Source: Oscillatoria princeps RMCB-10
GTDB lineage: Bacteria; Cyanobacteriota; Cyanobacteriia; Cyanobacteriales; Oscillatoriaceae
Length of the DNA stretch: 24,244 nt
NCBI GenBank assembly: GCA_019359235.1
Contig: JAHHHT010000036.1
Span: 1 to 24,244 of the forward strand
Reading direction: 5' to 3'
Shown here: positions 8,168 through 16,591 of the stretch, in pieces
Layout: each line of letters opens with the position of its first letter
Numbering within the stretch: position 1 is the stretch's first letter
The notes under the pieces: model-generated
The model's input: the letters and a program-made list of their open reading frames with translations, nothing else
Database searches by the model: none
Told to the model about the DNA's origin: nothing
Position numbers and translations under genes: made by a program

Positions 8168-8866
8168 ATGGGAAATCAGCCCCTAGTGAGCGCTATCGTA
8201 CCTGTGCGCAATTGCGAGCGCTATTTGGCAGAAGCGCTGGACAGTGCGCTGGCGCAGACTTACTTGCCGGTGGAGATATTTGTTGTGGATGACGGTTCAG
8301 CGGATGGGAGTGGGGAGATTGCCAAACGCTATGTGCCGGCTGTGCGGTATATCTTTCAAACCAGTGCCGGCGCTGCAGCAGCCAGAAACCGGGCAATTCC
8401 ACTAGCTAAGGGTGACTTTTTCGCTTTTCTGGATGCTGATGATGTCTGGCTTCCGGATAAACTTGCCCTGCAAATGGCAGCGTTTGATGCCGAACCAGAC
8501 CTTGACATTGTTACCGGCCATGTGCAACAATTTATCAGTCCAGAGTTAGACGCTGAAGGGATGAAAGGAGTTTATTGCCCACCTGAACCCATGCCAGGTT
8601 ATATCCCTACTGCTATACTCGTCAAGCGCGAAGCCTTTTTTCGGATTGGCTTGTTTGATGAAAATTATCCTGCCGAATATCAAATGGAATTTATCAACTG
8701 GTGTGCGCGTGCTGTGGAGCTTGGTTTGCATATAAAGGTGCTTCCCGAGTTAGTCGCGCGGCGGCGCTTGCACCAAACAAACCAGGAGCGCTCTCGCAAC
8801 TCGAGGCTGGAAATTGTGCGCATCCTGAAAGCTTCTCTCGACCGGCGGCGAGGTGAAAATGGGTAA
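8168..8866 (+). CDS. Glycosyltransferase family 2, paralog 3.
   Basis: VSAIVPVRNCERYLAEALDSA..VEIFVVDDGSADGS...AARNRAI..FLDADDVWLPDKL. Confidence 0.85.
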   Translation: MGNQPLVSAIVPVRNCERYLAEALDSALAQTYLPVEIFVVDDGSADGSGEIAKRYVPAVRYIFQTSAGAAAARNRAIPLAKGDFFAFLDADDVWLPDKLALQMAAFDAEPDLDIVTGHVQQFISPELDAEGMKGVYCPPEPMPGYIPTAILVKREAFFRIGLFDENYPAEYQMEFINWCARAVELGLHIKVLPELVARRRLHQTNQERSRNSRLEIVRILKASLDRRRGENG

Positions 8867-8898
8867 AAAATCGGGTTTCTTAAAGAAACCCGGTTTTT
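8865..8898 (+). terminator. Palindromic hairpin AAAAAATCGGGTTTCTT-A-AAGAAACCCGGTTTTT (10-bp stem flanked by an A-run and a T-run). It has a bidirectional terminator-like form and sits inside the operon between GT2 paralog 3 and the ABC gene.
   Basis: The perfect palindrome was read at 8872..8892. A T5 run lies downstream. It belongs to the dispersed GAAACCCGGTTTC family. Confidence 0.55.
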
Positions 8899-8929
8899 AG
8901 CCTCATGTGAAGGAAGTAAAGAACCGACA

Positions 8930-10588
8930 ATGAACTTACCAGCTTGGCGTTACTACAGTCAATTATACAAAGATTATTACCACTTGCTGTTCTGGAGCGT
9001 TGCAGCCTCCCTGGGGCAATCTGCGGTTTTCTTCCCCATTGCTTTGCTGGTACGCCATGTATTTGATGTCGCAATACCCACCGGCAACTTATCGCTTTTG
9101 GCGCTCACAGGAGTGGCGGTTCTTGTCCTGTACGCCGGCAACATGGCGCTGGCGCTCTGGACGAGATACATTATCCTTAAAATTACTAAAATTGCCATCC
9201 AGCGGCTGAGGGTTGAACTATTAAATAAGTTTTATGCTTTTTCGCGCTCCTACTACAGTCAAGCCGATACGAGCCAGTTGCACACGATTGCCGTTCAAGA
9301 TACCCTGCGCCTGGACATGATGAGCAATGCGCTAGTTGCCCAAGTCATCCCGGCACTGCTCATCTGTGCTGTTTTGAGCGCCGTGTTAATCGCAGTGAAT
9401 TGGTTTTTGTTTCTAGTGCTGGCGCTCGTCGCTCCTCTCATTTATCTGTTGAGCAAAAATCTGGGTAAAAAAGTAAAGCATTGGCTAAAAGCCTATCACC
9501 GCACATTTGAAAAATTCAGCAAAGGGATGCTATTTGTCCTGCAAAATATGGAACTCACCCAAATCCAATCGGCGGAGGAATTTGAAAGGGTGAGGCAAGG
9601 TAAATTGCTGAATGATGAGCGATTGACAAGCAGTGCGATGGCTTGGCTCTATACGGCTTACGGTCTGGCGCAAACCTTTACCGTCGCAGCAGCAAGTGTC
9701 CTGCTTTTAATGGCTGGCGGCTGGGCGATATCCGCCGGCTACATGACCTTAGGAGAGATGGTATCCTTTTATGTAGCGGCCAACTTGATGAGAACTTATG
9801 CCAACACAATTTCGCAAGCCATCCCCCAAATTATAGACGGAAATGAATCTCTGAGTGTTTTGTACGAGCTGTTACAGGTGAGCGACACAAGACCTTATGC
9901 CGGCACTGAAAAAATTGGCTTTCAGGGGAAAATCACTCTCAGGAACGTGAGTTTTTCTTACAGCGACAGGAGGATACTGTCAAATGTCACGCTGTCAGTC
10001 AATCCGGGAGAGACTGTAGCGATTGTCGGGCGCAACGGTGCCGGCAAAAGCACGATTCTTTATCTTATCTTAGGCTTTTACCGGCCACAAGAAGGAGAGC
10101 TGTGGGCAGATGACTGTCCCTTCAGCACACTGGACATTGCGCATCTGCGCCGGCAAATAGGAGTCGTCATGCAAAAGCCGGCAATCTTTGCGGGGACAAT
10201 TTGGGAAAATATCACCTATGGTGCGCCAGATGTGAGTTGCGAAAGGGTGATTGAATCTGCTAAAATAGCCACAGCCCATGAATTTATCCACCGGCTCCCA
10301 GAAGGCTACGAAACCTGTGTGGGAGAAGGGGGAATGCTGCTATCCGGTGGACAGCGCCAGCGGATAGCCATCGCCCGCGCTCTTGTGCGCCAACCCAAGC
10401 TCCTCATCCTCGATGAGCCAACCAATCATCTGGACGAAGCTGCTGTGAGCCAGCTGATAAAAAATCTCAAAGGCATGGCGGAAGCCCCCGCTATTCTTAT
10501 AATAAGTCATAATAGGGATATTGTGCGGGAAGCCAAACATGTGTATACTGTAAAAGATGGATGTCTGGTGGAAACCCTTTGGGGATGA
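8930..10588 (+). CDS. ABC transporter, fused permease/ATP-binding exporter. It resembles type I exporters of the kind that export lasso peptides and bacteriocins, and it has no peptidase domain.
   Basis: 552 aa. The N-terminal half is hydrophobic and reads as transmembrane. Walker [13 protein letters not shown] signature LSGGQRQR, Walker B LLILDEPT. Confidence 0.9.
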   Translation: MNLPAWRYYSQLYKDYYHLLFWSVAASLGQSAVFFPIALLVRHVFDVAIPTGNLSLLALTGVAVLVLYAGNMALALWTRYIILKITKIAIQRLRVELLNKFYAFSRSYYSQADTSQLHTIAVQDTLRLDMMSNALVAQVIPALLICAVLSAVLIAVNWFLFLVLALVAPLIYLLSKNLGKKVKHWLKAYHRTFEKFSKGMLFVLQNMELTQIQSAEEFERVRQGKLLNDERLTSSAMAWLYTAYGLAQTFTVAAASVLLLMAGGWAISAGYMTLGEMVSFYVAANLMRTYANTISQAIPQIIDGNESLSVLYELLQVSDTRPYAGTEKIGFQGKITLRNVSFSYSDRRILSNVTLSVNPGETVAIVGRNGAGKSTILYLILGFYRPQEGELWADDCPFSTLDIAHLRRQIGVVMQKPAIFAGTIWENITYGAPDVSCERVIESAKIATAHEFIHRLPEGYETCVGEGGMLLSGGQRQRIAIARALVRQPKLLILDEPTNHLDEAAVSQLIKNLKGMAEAPAILIISHNRDIVREAKHVYTVKDGCLVETLWG

Positions 10589-10615
10589 AAAGCAGAGAGG
10601 ATTTATCCCCCTTCC

Positions 10616-10697
10616 GTAGGACACGTCTCGTGTCCAAATCCAGGCGTAGGACAGGCGAGACGCCTGTCCAGACGCAGGACACGTCTCGTGTCCAAAT
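10616..10697. repeat. Three consecutive short hairpins: GGACACG-TCT-CGTGTCC, GGACAGGCG-AGA-CGCCTGTCC, GGACACG-TCT-CGTGTCC.
   Basis: Inverted repeats read at 10619..10635, 10649..10669 and 10677..10693, between the ABC gene and the nucleotidyltransferase gene. The middle hairpin recurs at 20413 and 22861. Confidence 0.7.
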
Positions 10698-10720
10698 TAG
10701 AACAAAAAAAAGGAGGTACA

Positions 10721-11941
10721 ATGCAAGAGTGGCAAATGAATACAAAGGAAAATATGGGCGGCTACAAGCCGACTCACCAGCAAGGATTGCTCTTACGAGC
10801 TGCGCTTTTGCAAGGTGAAAACGCCCTCGCAGCTTGGGAGGAATGGAGAGCGGCTGTTGATATTCAACGTCTCGATGCTGGTTCCTATCGGTTACTGCCT
10901 TTATTGTATCGCAATTTGTCGCTTCATGGGGTAAATGACCCCCTGATGGCAAAATTTAAGGGAGTCTACCGGAACACCTGGTGCAAAAACCAACTCTCAT
11001 TTAAGAAAGTCTCAGCTGTGATGCGGGCTTTTCACGAGGCGGGGATTCAAACCATGCTCCTGAAAGGGGCGGCTTTGTCCTTAAATTATTACCGAGATTA
11101 TGGCCTCCGTCCCATGAGTGATTTTGACCTTATCGTCCCTACTGCAGACGCTTTACCAGCAATGAAGTTGTTGAGGGAATTGGGGTGGGAAACTTCTGTA
11201 GAAAGACCGGAAAGATATATAGATTTAACGCACGCCGCCGGAGGATTTTCTGATGAATACGGAACAAAAATGGATCTCCACTGGCATGTATTACACCAGT
11301 GCCTTCAAGAGAATGCTGACGAGGATTTCTGGAAGGGCGCGATATCTGTTAAAATAGATGATTTGTCAACCCATGTCTTAAACCCGACCGATCAGTTATT
11401 TCACGTCTGCGTGCATGGATGGCATGGGGATGTATTTCCGACAATTCGCTGGGTGGCTGACGCGATGACGGTGATTAACTCATCTCCAGATGCAATTGAT
11501 TGGCACCGGCTAGTCGCACAGGCTGAAAAAAGACAATTGGTTTTGCGGTTAAAAGATACACTGCCGATATTGCGCGACCTTTTGGACGCCCCAGTACCCC
11601 TATCGATTATACAAGATATCGAAAAGCTACCCATTGCAGCAATTGAGCGGCTCGAATATAAGAGTTCACCAGGCAGACTGATACGAGGATTCGGGAGTTT
11701 GCCAATGATATATACTTCTTATGTGAGGCGGAGTATGAATGATGGCAGTTTCAACCTTTTAGGTTTGGCAAGGCATCTGCAATATTACTTGGGGTTGGAA
11801 CACTTATGGCAGCTTCCCTTGGATGTGATTAAGCGGGGTATAAGAAGGATTTGGATTGACCTCTTAGGAGGAAAGTCTGCGCCAATTCCAACAAAACGGG
11901 CATTTCGCCAGGAGCGCGAAGCCAGTAAAACTTCAGTTTAG
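10721..11941 (+). CDS. Nucleotidyltransferase-family protein (NTP_transf_5 / lasso-cluster-associated nucleotidyltransferase-like).
   Basis: MLLKGAALSLNYYRDYGLRPMSDFDLIVP...LGWE is the signature region as I remember it for that family. The start was moved to the ATG at 10721, which has an AAGGAGG ribosome-binding site. The track GTG start at 10688 lies inside a hairpin. Confidence 0.6.
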   Translation: MQEWQMNTKENMGGYKPTHQQGLLLRAALLQGENALAAWEEWRAAVDIQRLDAGSYRLLPLLYRNLSLHGVNDPLMAKFKGVYRNTWCKNQLSFKKVSAVMRAFHEAGIQTMLLKGAALSLNYYRDYGLRPMSDFDLIVPTADALPAMKLLRELGWETSVERPERYIDLTHAAGGFSDEYGTKMDLHWHVLHQCLQENADEDFWKGAISVKIDDLSTHVLNPTDQLFHVCVHGWHGDVFPTIRWVADAMTVINSSPDAIDWHRLVAQAEKRQLVLRLKDTLPILRDLLDAPVPLSIIQDIEKLPIAAIERLEYKSSPGRLIRGFGSLPMIYTSYVRRSMNDGSFNLLGLARHLQYYLGLEHLWQLPLDVIKRGIRRIWIDLLGGKSAPIPTKRAFRQEREASKTSV

Positions 11942-12006
11942 TTGCAGTGGCGCATTCGCCGCACAATCGCAATTATGGAGTTTCTCAGTTGGATGAAATA
12001 TGGCCC

Positions 12007-12040
12007 AAAAACCCGGTTTCTTTAAGAAACCGGGTTTCTC
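12007..12040. repeat. Palindromic hairpin AAACCCGGTTTCTT-TA-AAGAAACCGGGTTT of the GAAACCCGGTTTC family, 65 nt after the nucleotidyltransferase stop.
   Basis: Inverted repeat read directly. An A-run lies upstream, and there is only a weak U-tract downstream on the plus strand. Confidence 0.6.
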
Positions 12041-12218
12041 ACTACCTCACTAATATGAGGAATGCTATAGGGCATTTTAATGAATAAATCATAGTCAAAT
12101 TAAATGCCTAACAGCCGGCAGCTAGGGGGGAGCTGTCTGCCGGCTTGGCAAACGCTACCTTTATGTGTTACAATTATTTACAGTAGACGCCATTGCTTAC
12201 ACAGACCCAGCCATTCTT

Positions 12219-13277
12219 ATGTCTGACACCTTAACAAAACTGGCATACCAGACTTTTCAACAGGGCAAAAGTTACTTCGGTCTGGCTCACAAAGCCTTAA
12301 GTTCCAACTTGCGGAACTTATTGTATCCTGCTAGCACTCCTCAGACTAAACCTATCGGCTCGGCTCTGATAGAACTCCTTCAACAAAGGAGCGCTCAGCT
12401 CCTGGAAACAGACTGGCTGGATGCTGAGCGGGGCGTGTATCCCACCAGCTTGCTCTTTGACAATCCTTGGGAAGACTTCTTTCGCTACTATCCCGTGGTT
12501 TGCCTGGATCTGCCGCCAATCTGGGAGCGGATTCAGCAGAAGAAATCTCAGGAATTTTCGCCAGAGATTGAGACGGAAGGCTATCCCAACTACTATTTGC
12601 AAAACTTCCACCACCAGACAAACGGCTACTTGAGCGACATGTCAGCCAATCTCTATGACTTGCAGGTGGAGCTTCTTTTTGGTGGCACCGCCGATCCCAT
12701 GCGGCGGCGAATCCTGGCTCCTCTAAAGCAAGGGCTGAATGCTTTTAGCTCAACTCCTCCCCACCAAATCCGGGTTCTAGATATAGCTTGCGGAACCGGG
12801 CGCAGCCTGAAATTAATCCGAGCTGCTCTCCCTAAAGCATCCCTATTTGGCACTGACTTGTCACCGGCTTACTTGCGCAAGGCAAATCAGCTGCTGTCGC
12901 AAAATCCAGGGGAATTGCCGCAACTCCTGCAGGCTAATGCAGAGGAACTGCCCTATAAAGATAGCTACTTCCACGCAGTCACGAGCGTTTTTCTCTTCCA
13001 CGAACTTCCGCCGGCGGCGCGTCAGAAGGTGATCCAGCAGTGCTTCCGAGTCACTCAGCCAGGGGGAGTCTTTATTATCTGTGACGCTATTCAGGTGAGC
13101 GATTCTCCGGAATTCATGCCAATGATGGAAAACTTCCCAGATATGTTCCACGAACCCTACTACAAGCATTATATCACAGATGACCTGACAGAACGTTTAG
13201 AAAAAGCCGGCTTCACGAATATTTCTACTGAAGTCCACTTGTTTAGCAAGTATTGGGTCGCTCACAAGCCGGCCTAA
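12219..13277 (+). CDS. Class I SAM-dependent methyltransferase (Methyltransf_11/25-like).
   Basis: VLDIACGTGRSLKLI (SAM motif I), with an acidic motif II region and YKDSYFHAVTSVFLFHELP downstream. The start was taken at the ATG at 12219. The track lists an alternative GTG at 12165. Confidence 0.8.
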   Translation: MSDTLTKLAYQTFQQGKSYFGLAHKALSSNLRNLLYPASTPQTKPIGSALIELLQQRSAQLLETDWLDAERGVYPTSLLFDNPWEDFFRYYPVVCLDLPPIWERIQQKKSQEFSPEIETEGYPNYYLQNFHHQTNGYLSDMSANLYDLQVELLFGGTADPMRRRILAPLKQGLNAFSSTPPHQIRVLDIACGTGRSLKLIRAALPKASLFGTDLSPAYLRKANQLLSQNPGELPQLLQANAEELPYKDSYFHAVTSVFLFHELPPAARQKVIQQCFRVTQPGGVFIICDAIQVSDSPEFMPMMENFPDMFHEPYYKHYITDDLTERLEKAGFTNISTEVHLFSKYWVAHKPA

Positions 13278-13282
13278 GTAGT

Positions 13283-13341
13283 GAGGGGGATTGGGGAGGG
13301 GGAACTTGTTTTTACTCATCTTTAATCCCCCTCACTCCTCA
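13283..13341. repeat. Hairpin AGTGAGGGGGATT ... AATCCCCCTCACT (13-bp stem, about 33-nt loop), immediately after the methyltransferase stop.
   Basis: Inverted repeat read directly. It may act as a terminator; the loop contains a TTTTT run. Confidence 0.5.
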
Positions 13342-13475
13342 AATTCAAAAGAGTGAGTGCCAGACCAGTTTTATAAACAATCGCCACAAGGGGCGACTGT
13401 GGGGAATCGGGCGCGGAACAGCTAGAATGATTCCAGAATCCATAAACAACCCAACACGAGGAACTAGAAATTTGT

Positions 13476-13976
13476 ATGATTAGCAACGAGCCGACTCCGC
13501 AAACGGTTTCCACTGAGAGCTTGTCAGCTGAAGATACAATCACCAGCGAGCAGGTCGAAGGCGCAACAGCAGTCAACCTTGTAGAAGAGATTGGAACAGT
13601 CATTACCAGTCTGGCGGTAGACCAAAAGGTGATGGGTGGCCAAAGCGAAGAAGGCCATTTTTGGAAATTTAAGTATGGCAGCGTTGAGGTGTTTGTGCAA
13701 CTCACCGGCACCAGCAATGAAGATACCTTGACGGTTTGGTCTTTTGTGCTGCAGCTGCCGGCTAAGAACGAACCGCAGTTAACCCGCAAGCTGCTGGAGA
13801 TGAACGCCACGTCAACTTTTGAGTCCCATTTCGCCATTGTTGAGGACAAGGTGGCGGTGATATCGAGCCGAACGGTTCTGGATATTTCTCCGGCAGAAAT
13901 CTCCAGAACCATTACCGTTGTGGCCACTATCGCGGACGAGAACGACGAAGCCCTGCAAGCTGAATTTGGGCAGTAG
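13476..13976 (+). CDS. Conserved hypothetical protein, YbjN-like ('putative sensory transduction regulator' fold).
   Basis: 166 aa, acidic. GHFWKFKYGSVEVFVQL...DTLTVWSFVLQLP...HFAIVEDKVAVISSRTVLD resembles the duplicated YbjN domain pattern. The overlapping minus-strand ORF 13322..13927 is S/T/C-rich and antisense-like. Confidence 0.5.
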   Translation: MISNEPTPQTVSTESLSAEDTITSEQVEGATAVNLVEEIGTVITSLAVDQKVMGGQSEEGHFWKFKYGSVEVFVQLTGTSNEDTLTVWSFVLQLPAKNEPQLTRKLLEMNATSTFESHFAIVEDKVAVISSRTVLDISPAEISRTITVVATIADENDEALQAEFGQ

Positions 13977-14012
13977 ACAGCGCCCCACTCCCGCCGCTAT
14001 CCCCAATGCCCT

Positions 14013-14765
14013 ATGCCCAGTTCCCAAAGTTGGCGTTTGATTCCCTTGCTGCAAGCGCCCGGTGATATGCAAATGGCTATCGACCTGTGGTTGCTAGAGC
14101 AGCACCGGCAGGCGTTGCACCCGCCGGCACTGCGGTTTTACACTTGGTCGCCACCGGCCATTTCCCTGGGCTACCACCAGCGCCGGTGGCCAGAATTCTG
14201 GCAGCACCTGACTTGGCAAGGAGTGCCGGTGGATCTGGTGCGGCGTCCCACCGGCGGGCGGGCTGTCCTGCACCAAGGGGATTTAACGTATGCGGTGGTT
14301 ACTTCCGGATTTACCGGCAGCCGCCTCCAAACCTATCAAGAGATTTGCCAATTCTTGATCCAAGGCTGGCGCTCCCTGGGCGTCGAGTTGGGCTGCGGTG
14401 AGGCGGGGCGGGGTTACATCCACAACCCCAGCTGTTTTGGCACCGCAACCGGCGCTGATCTAATTATCCCCAGCGGCGCTAAGCTGGCAGGCAGCGCCCA
14501 GCTGCGGCGCGGACCGGCAATTTTGCAGCACGGCTCAATGCCGCTGCTGCAAGATAGCCAGCTATTCGAGCGGGTGTTTGGCACAGCGCCCGTGCCGGTG
14601 GAGTTACCCTTATCCCCGCACGGAGACACCCTAATTCAAACCGTCACCGATGCTTTAATTGCCGCTTTCAAAGACAGCTTCGGCGTCGCACTGGTGGAGC
14701 AACCCCTGTCAGACGCCGAGTGGCAGGCCATCCTAGAGTTTAGATCCCTCATTCCGGCGATCTAG
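14013..14765 (+). CDS. Lipoate-protein ligase / octanoyltransferase family protein (BPL_LplA_LipB domain).
   Basis: WRLIPL.....MQMAIDLWLLE..., then RRPTGGRAVLHQGDLTYAV and the downstream GSAQ motif, match the LplA/LipB catalytic domain. Confidence 0.75.
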   Translation: MPSSQSWRLIPLLQAPGDMQMAIDLWLLEQHRQALHPPALRFYTWSPPAISLGYHQRRWPEFWQHLTWQGVPVDLVRRPTGGRAVLHQGDLTYAVVTSGFTGSRLQTYQEICQFLIQGWRSLGVELGCGEAGRGYIHNPSCFGTATGADLIIPSGAKLAGSAQLRRGPAILQHGSMPLLQDSQLFERVFGTAPVPVELPLSPHGDTLIQTVTDALIAAFKDSFGVALVEQPLSDAEWQAILEFRSLIPAI

Positions 14766-14778
14766 AGCGCCGGTGTTG

Positions 14779-15125
14779 AAATCTCAGAAACCGGGTTTCT
14801 TTTGGTTTTCCCTGCAACAAATTGATTTTTCCCGGGAAAGAAACCCGGTTTCTTCACCCCGCCAGAAACTCTCAGAAACCGGGTTTCTTTTGGTTTTCCC
14901 TGCAACAAATTGATTTTTCCCGGGAAAGAAACCCGGTTTCTTCACCCCGCCAGAAACTCTCAGAAACCGGGTTTCTTTTGGTTTTCCCTGCAACAAATTG
15001 ATTTTTCCCGGGAAAGAAACCCGGTTTCTTCACCCCGCCAGAAACTCTCAGAAACCGGGTTTCTTTTGGTTTTCCCTGCAACAAATTGGTCTTGATAGGC
15101 ATTGAAACCCGGTTTCTTCACCCCG
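14779..15125. repeat. Tandem array of an 88-bp unit (3 perfect copies plus a divergent fourth). Each unit is a long hairpin AGAAACCGGGTTTCTTT...AAAGAAACCCGGTTTCT.
   Basis: Exact 88-bp periodicity, with unit starts at 14787, 14875 and 14963. The track ORFs 14784..14996 and 14872..15102 are frame artefacts of the repeat. Confidence 0.9.
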
Positions 15126-15130
15126 GCACT

Positions 15131-16357
15131 CTAGGGAGCCTGCAGACTTAGGGCGTCAGCAGTTGCTTTGGCGATTGCCGGCAGCTGCAAACCGGGAGGG
15201 TAAGTGCCCTCAGACTTAATGCGCTTGATCTCCGCCTCAGGAATCCGCAGTTGCAGCTTTTGGCACAAGGCACGCACAATGTCGCCCCTGTCGGTGACAC
15301 CGGCAACGGCACCGGCTCTGGAGAGGACAGTAATCCGGGGTAATTTGTGGGTTTCCAGCTGATTAATCACTTCAACCAGAGGCGTATTTTCTTCAGCGGT
15401 GACGATCTCCCTCAGGGGGCGGACAATGCTGTGCAGCGTCTGAGTTTCCCAGAGACTGCGCTCTGCGAATCTGATGTCATCAGGGACAACCATGCCGCGA
15501 TAGCGACCCTCCGAAGCGGCGTAGTAGGGTCTTTCTGGCCCTGGCAAGTCTGCCAGCAGGTACTGGTCGGCAAACTGGCGCAGGGTCATGCCGGCATCCA
15601 CCACCCGAAACTCGCGGCTCATGGCATCAGCGGCGCTCAGCTGCACCAAGGCTTCTTGCAGATCGGTGAGCCGGTCGTAGGCGCTGGCATTGCGGGTGAC
15701 AAACCAGCCGAGCATGGCAATCCAGATGCCAGCCACACCGCTCTCACCCGCGAGCAGCGCGACTGCGATTCCGAAGCTGACTGCTATCGCTCCCAGGGTT
15801 TGCCCCGCCTTCGCCGCCCAGTGGACGCCGGCAAACCGGTCGCCGGTCAGCTTCCAGACTGCAGCTTTGACAATCTGCCCCCCATCGAGGGGCAACCCGG
15901 GAATCATGTTGAACAGGGCCAGCACCAGGTTGATTCTGGCCAGATCCGCTGTTACAACTTTCACCGGCTCCGGCGCGGGCAGCAGCAGCCCCAGCAAGCT
16001 CAGCAGGCCGAACAGGAGGAAACTGACCGCAGGGCCGGCGATCGCCACTTGAAACGCTTGGCCCGGTGTCTTGGATTCTTGGTCAATGGCAGCCACCCCA
16101 CCAAACAGAAATAGGGTGATGGAATTGACTTTGATGCCCTGAGATCGCGCCACTAAACTGTGACCCAGTTCGTGGAGCAACACCGAGCCAAAAAGCAGCA
16201 GGGCCATTCCCAACCCAGCGCTCCAAGCAACTGCAGGCCCCCATTTGGCGTAGTCGAACTGGTTCACTAAGGTGAGTGCGGCTAAGATAATGAACCAAGA
16301 AGAATCTATATAAAGGGGGATGCCAAACAGAGAGCCAATTCGCCAACTTGTCTGCAT
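15131..16357 (-). CDS. Site-2 protease family (peptidase M50) with tandem CBS domains.
   Basis: HELGHSLVA (HExxH) lies in a transmembrane region, with later transmembrane helices and a C-terminal CBS-like region. The upstream ribosome-binding site reads AAGGAAAA. Confidence 0.85.
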   Translation of the reverse strand: MQTSWRIGSLFGIPLYIDSSWFIILAALTLVNQFDYAKWGPAVAWSAGLGMALLLFGSVLLHELGHSLVARSQGIKVNSITLFLFGGVAAIDQESKTPGQAFQVAIAGPAVSFLLFGLLSLLGLLLPAPEPVKVVTADLARINLVLALFNMIPGLPLDGGQIVKAAVWKLTGDRFAGVHWAAKAGQTLGAIAVSFGIAVALLAGESGVAGIWIAMLGWFVTRNASAYDRLTDLQEALVQLSAADAMSREFRVVDAGMTLRQFADQYLLADLPGPERPYYAASEGRYRGMVVPDDIRFAERSLWETQTLHSIVRPLREIVTAEENTPLVEVINQLETHKLPRITVLSRAGAVAGVTDRGDIVRALCQKLQLRIPEAEIKRIKSEGTYPPGLQLPAIAKATADALSLQAP

Positions 16358-16591
16358 AAAATTTTCCTTGATTATCGCAGCTATTTATCGGCGCAAGTGG
16401 GACAGAAGCGAAATTTCGCGTCTCCACACTCTTTAATTCTACTCCCAAGTGCCAGTTGTTGATGGGGGACGGACAGGCCGACCCCTCCGGCGAGCGCCTC
16501 TCGACTTGACGCCAGCCAATCTAGTCCCCGACGCCGGCTTTTCGGGCGCTCCCGGGCTGAAACCCCACACAAACCCAGCCCTAGCAAGGTT

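Noticed and set aside
10497-10952. 151-aa minus-strand ORF spanning the ABC / nucleotidyltransferase junction.
   Set aside because: It crosses the triple-hairpin intergenic region and is antisense to both flanking genes.
13322-13927. 201-aa minus-strand ORF.
   Set aside because: It is antisense to the better-supported plus-strand gene 13476..13976. Its composition is S/T/V/C-rich, typical of antisense frames, with no motif.
14784-15102. Two overlapping minus-strand ORFs of 70 and 76 aa with identical C-terminal halves.
   Set aside because: They are frame artefacts of the 88-bp tandem repeat. The peptides are repeat-translated copies of each other.
15347-16114. 255-aa plus-strand ORF.
   Set aside because: It is antisense to the M50/CBS protease gene, which has the HExxH motif. 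The plus frame is Gln/Arg/Gly-rich with no domain.
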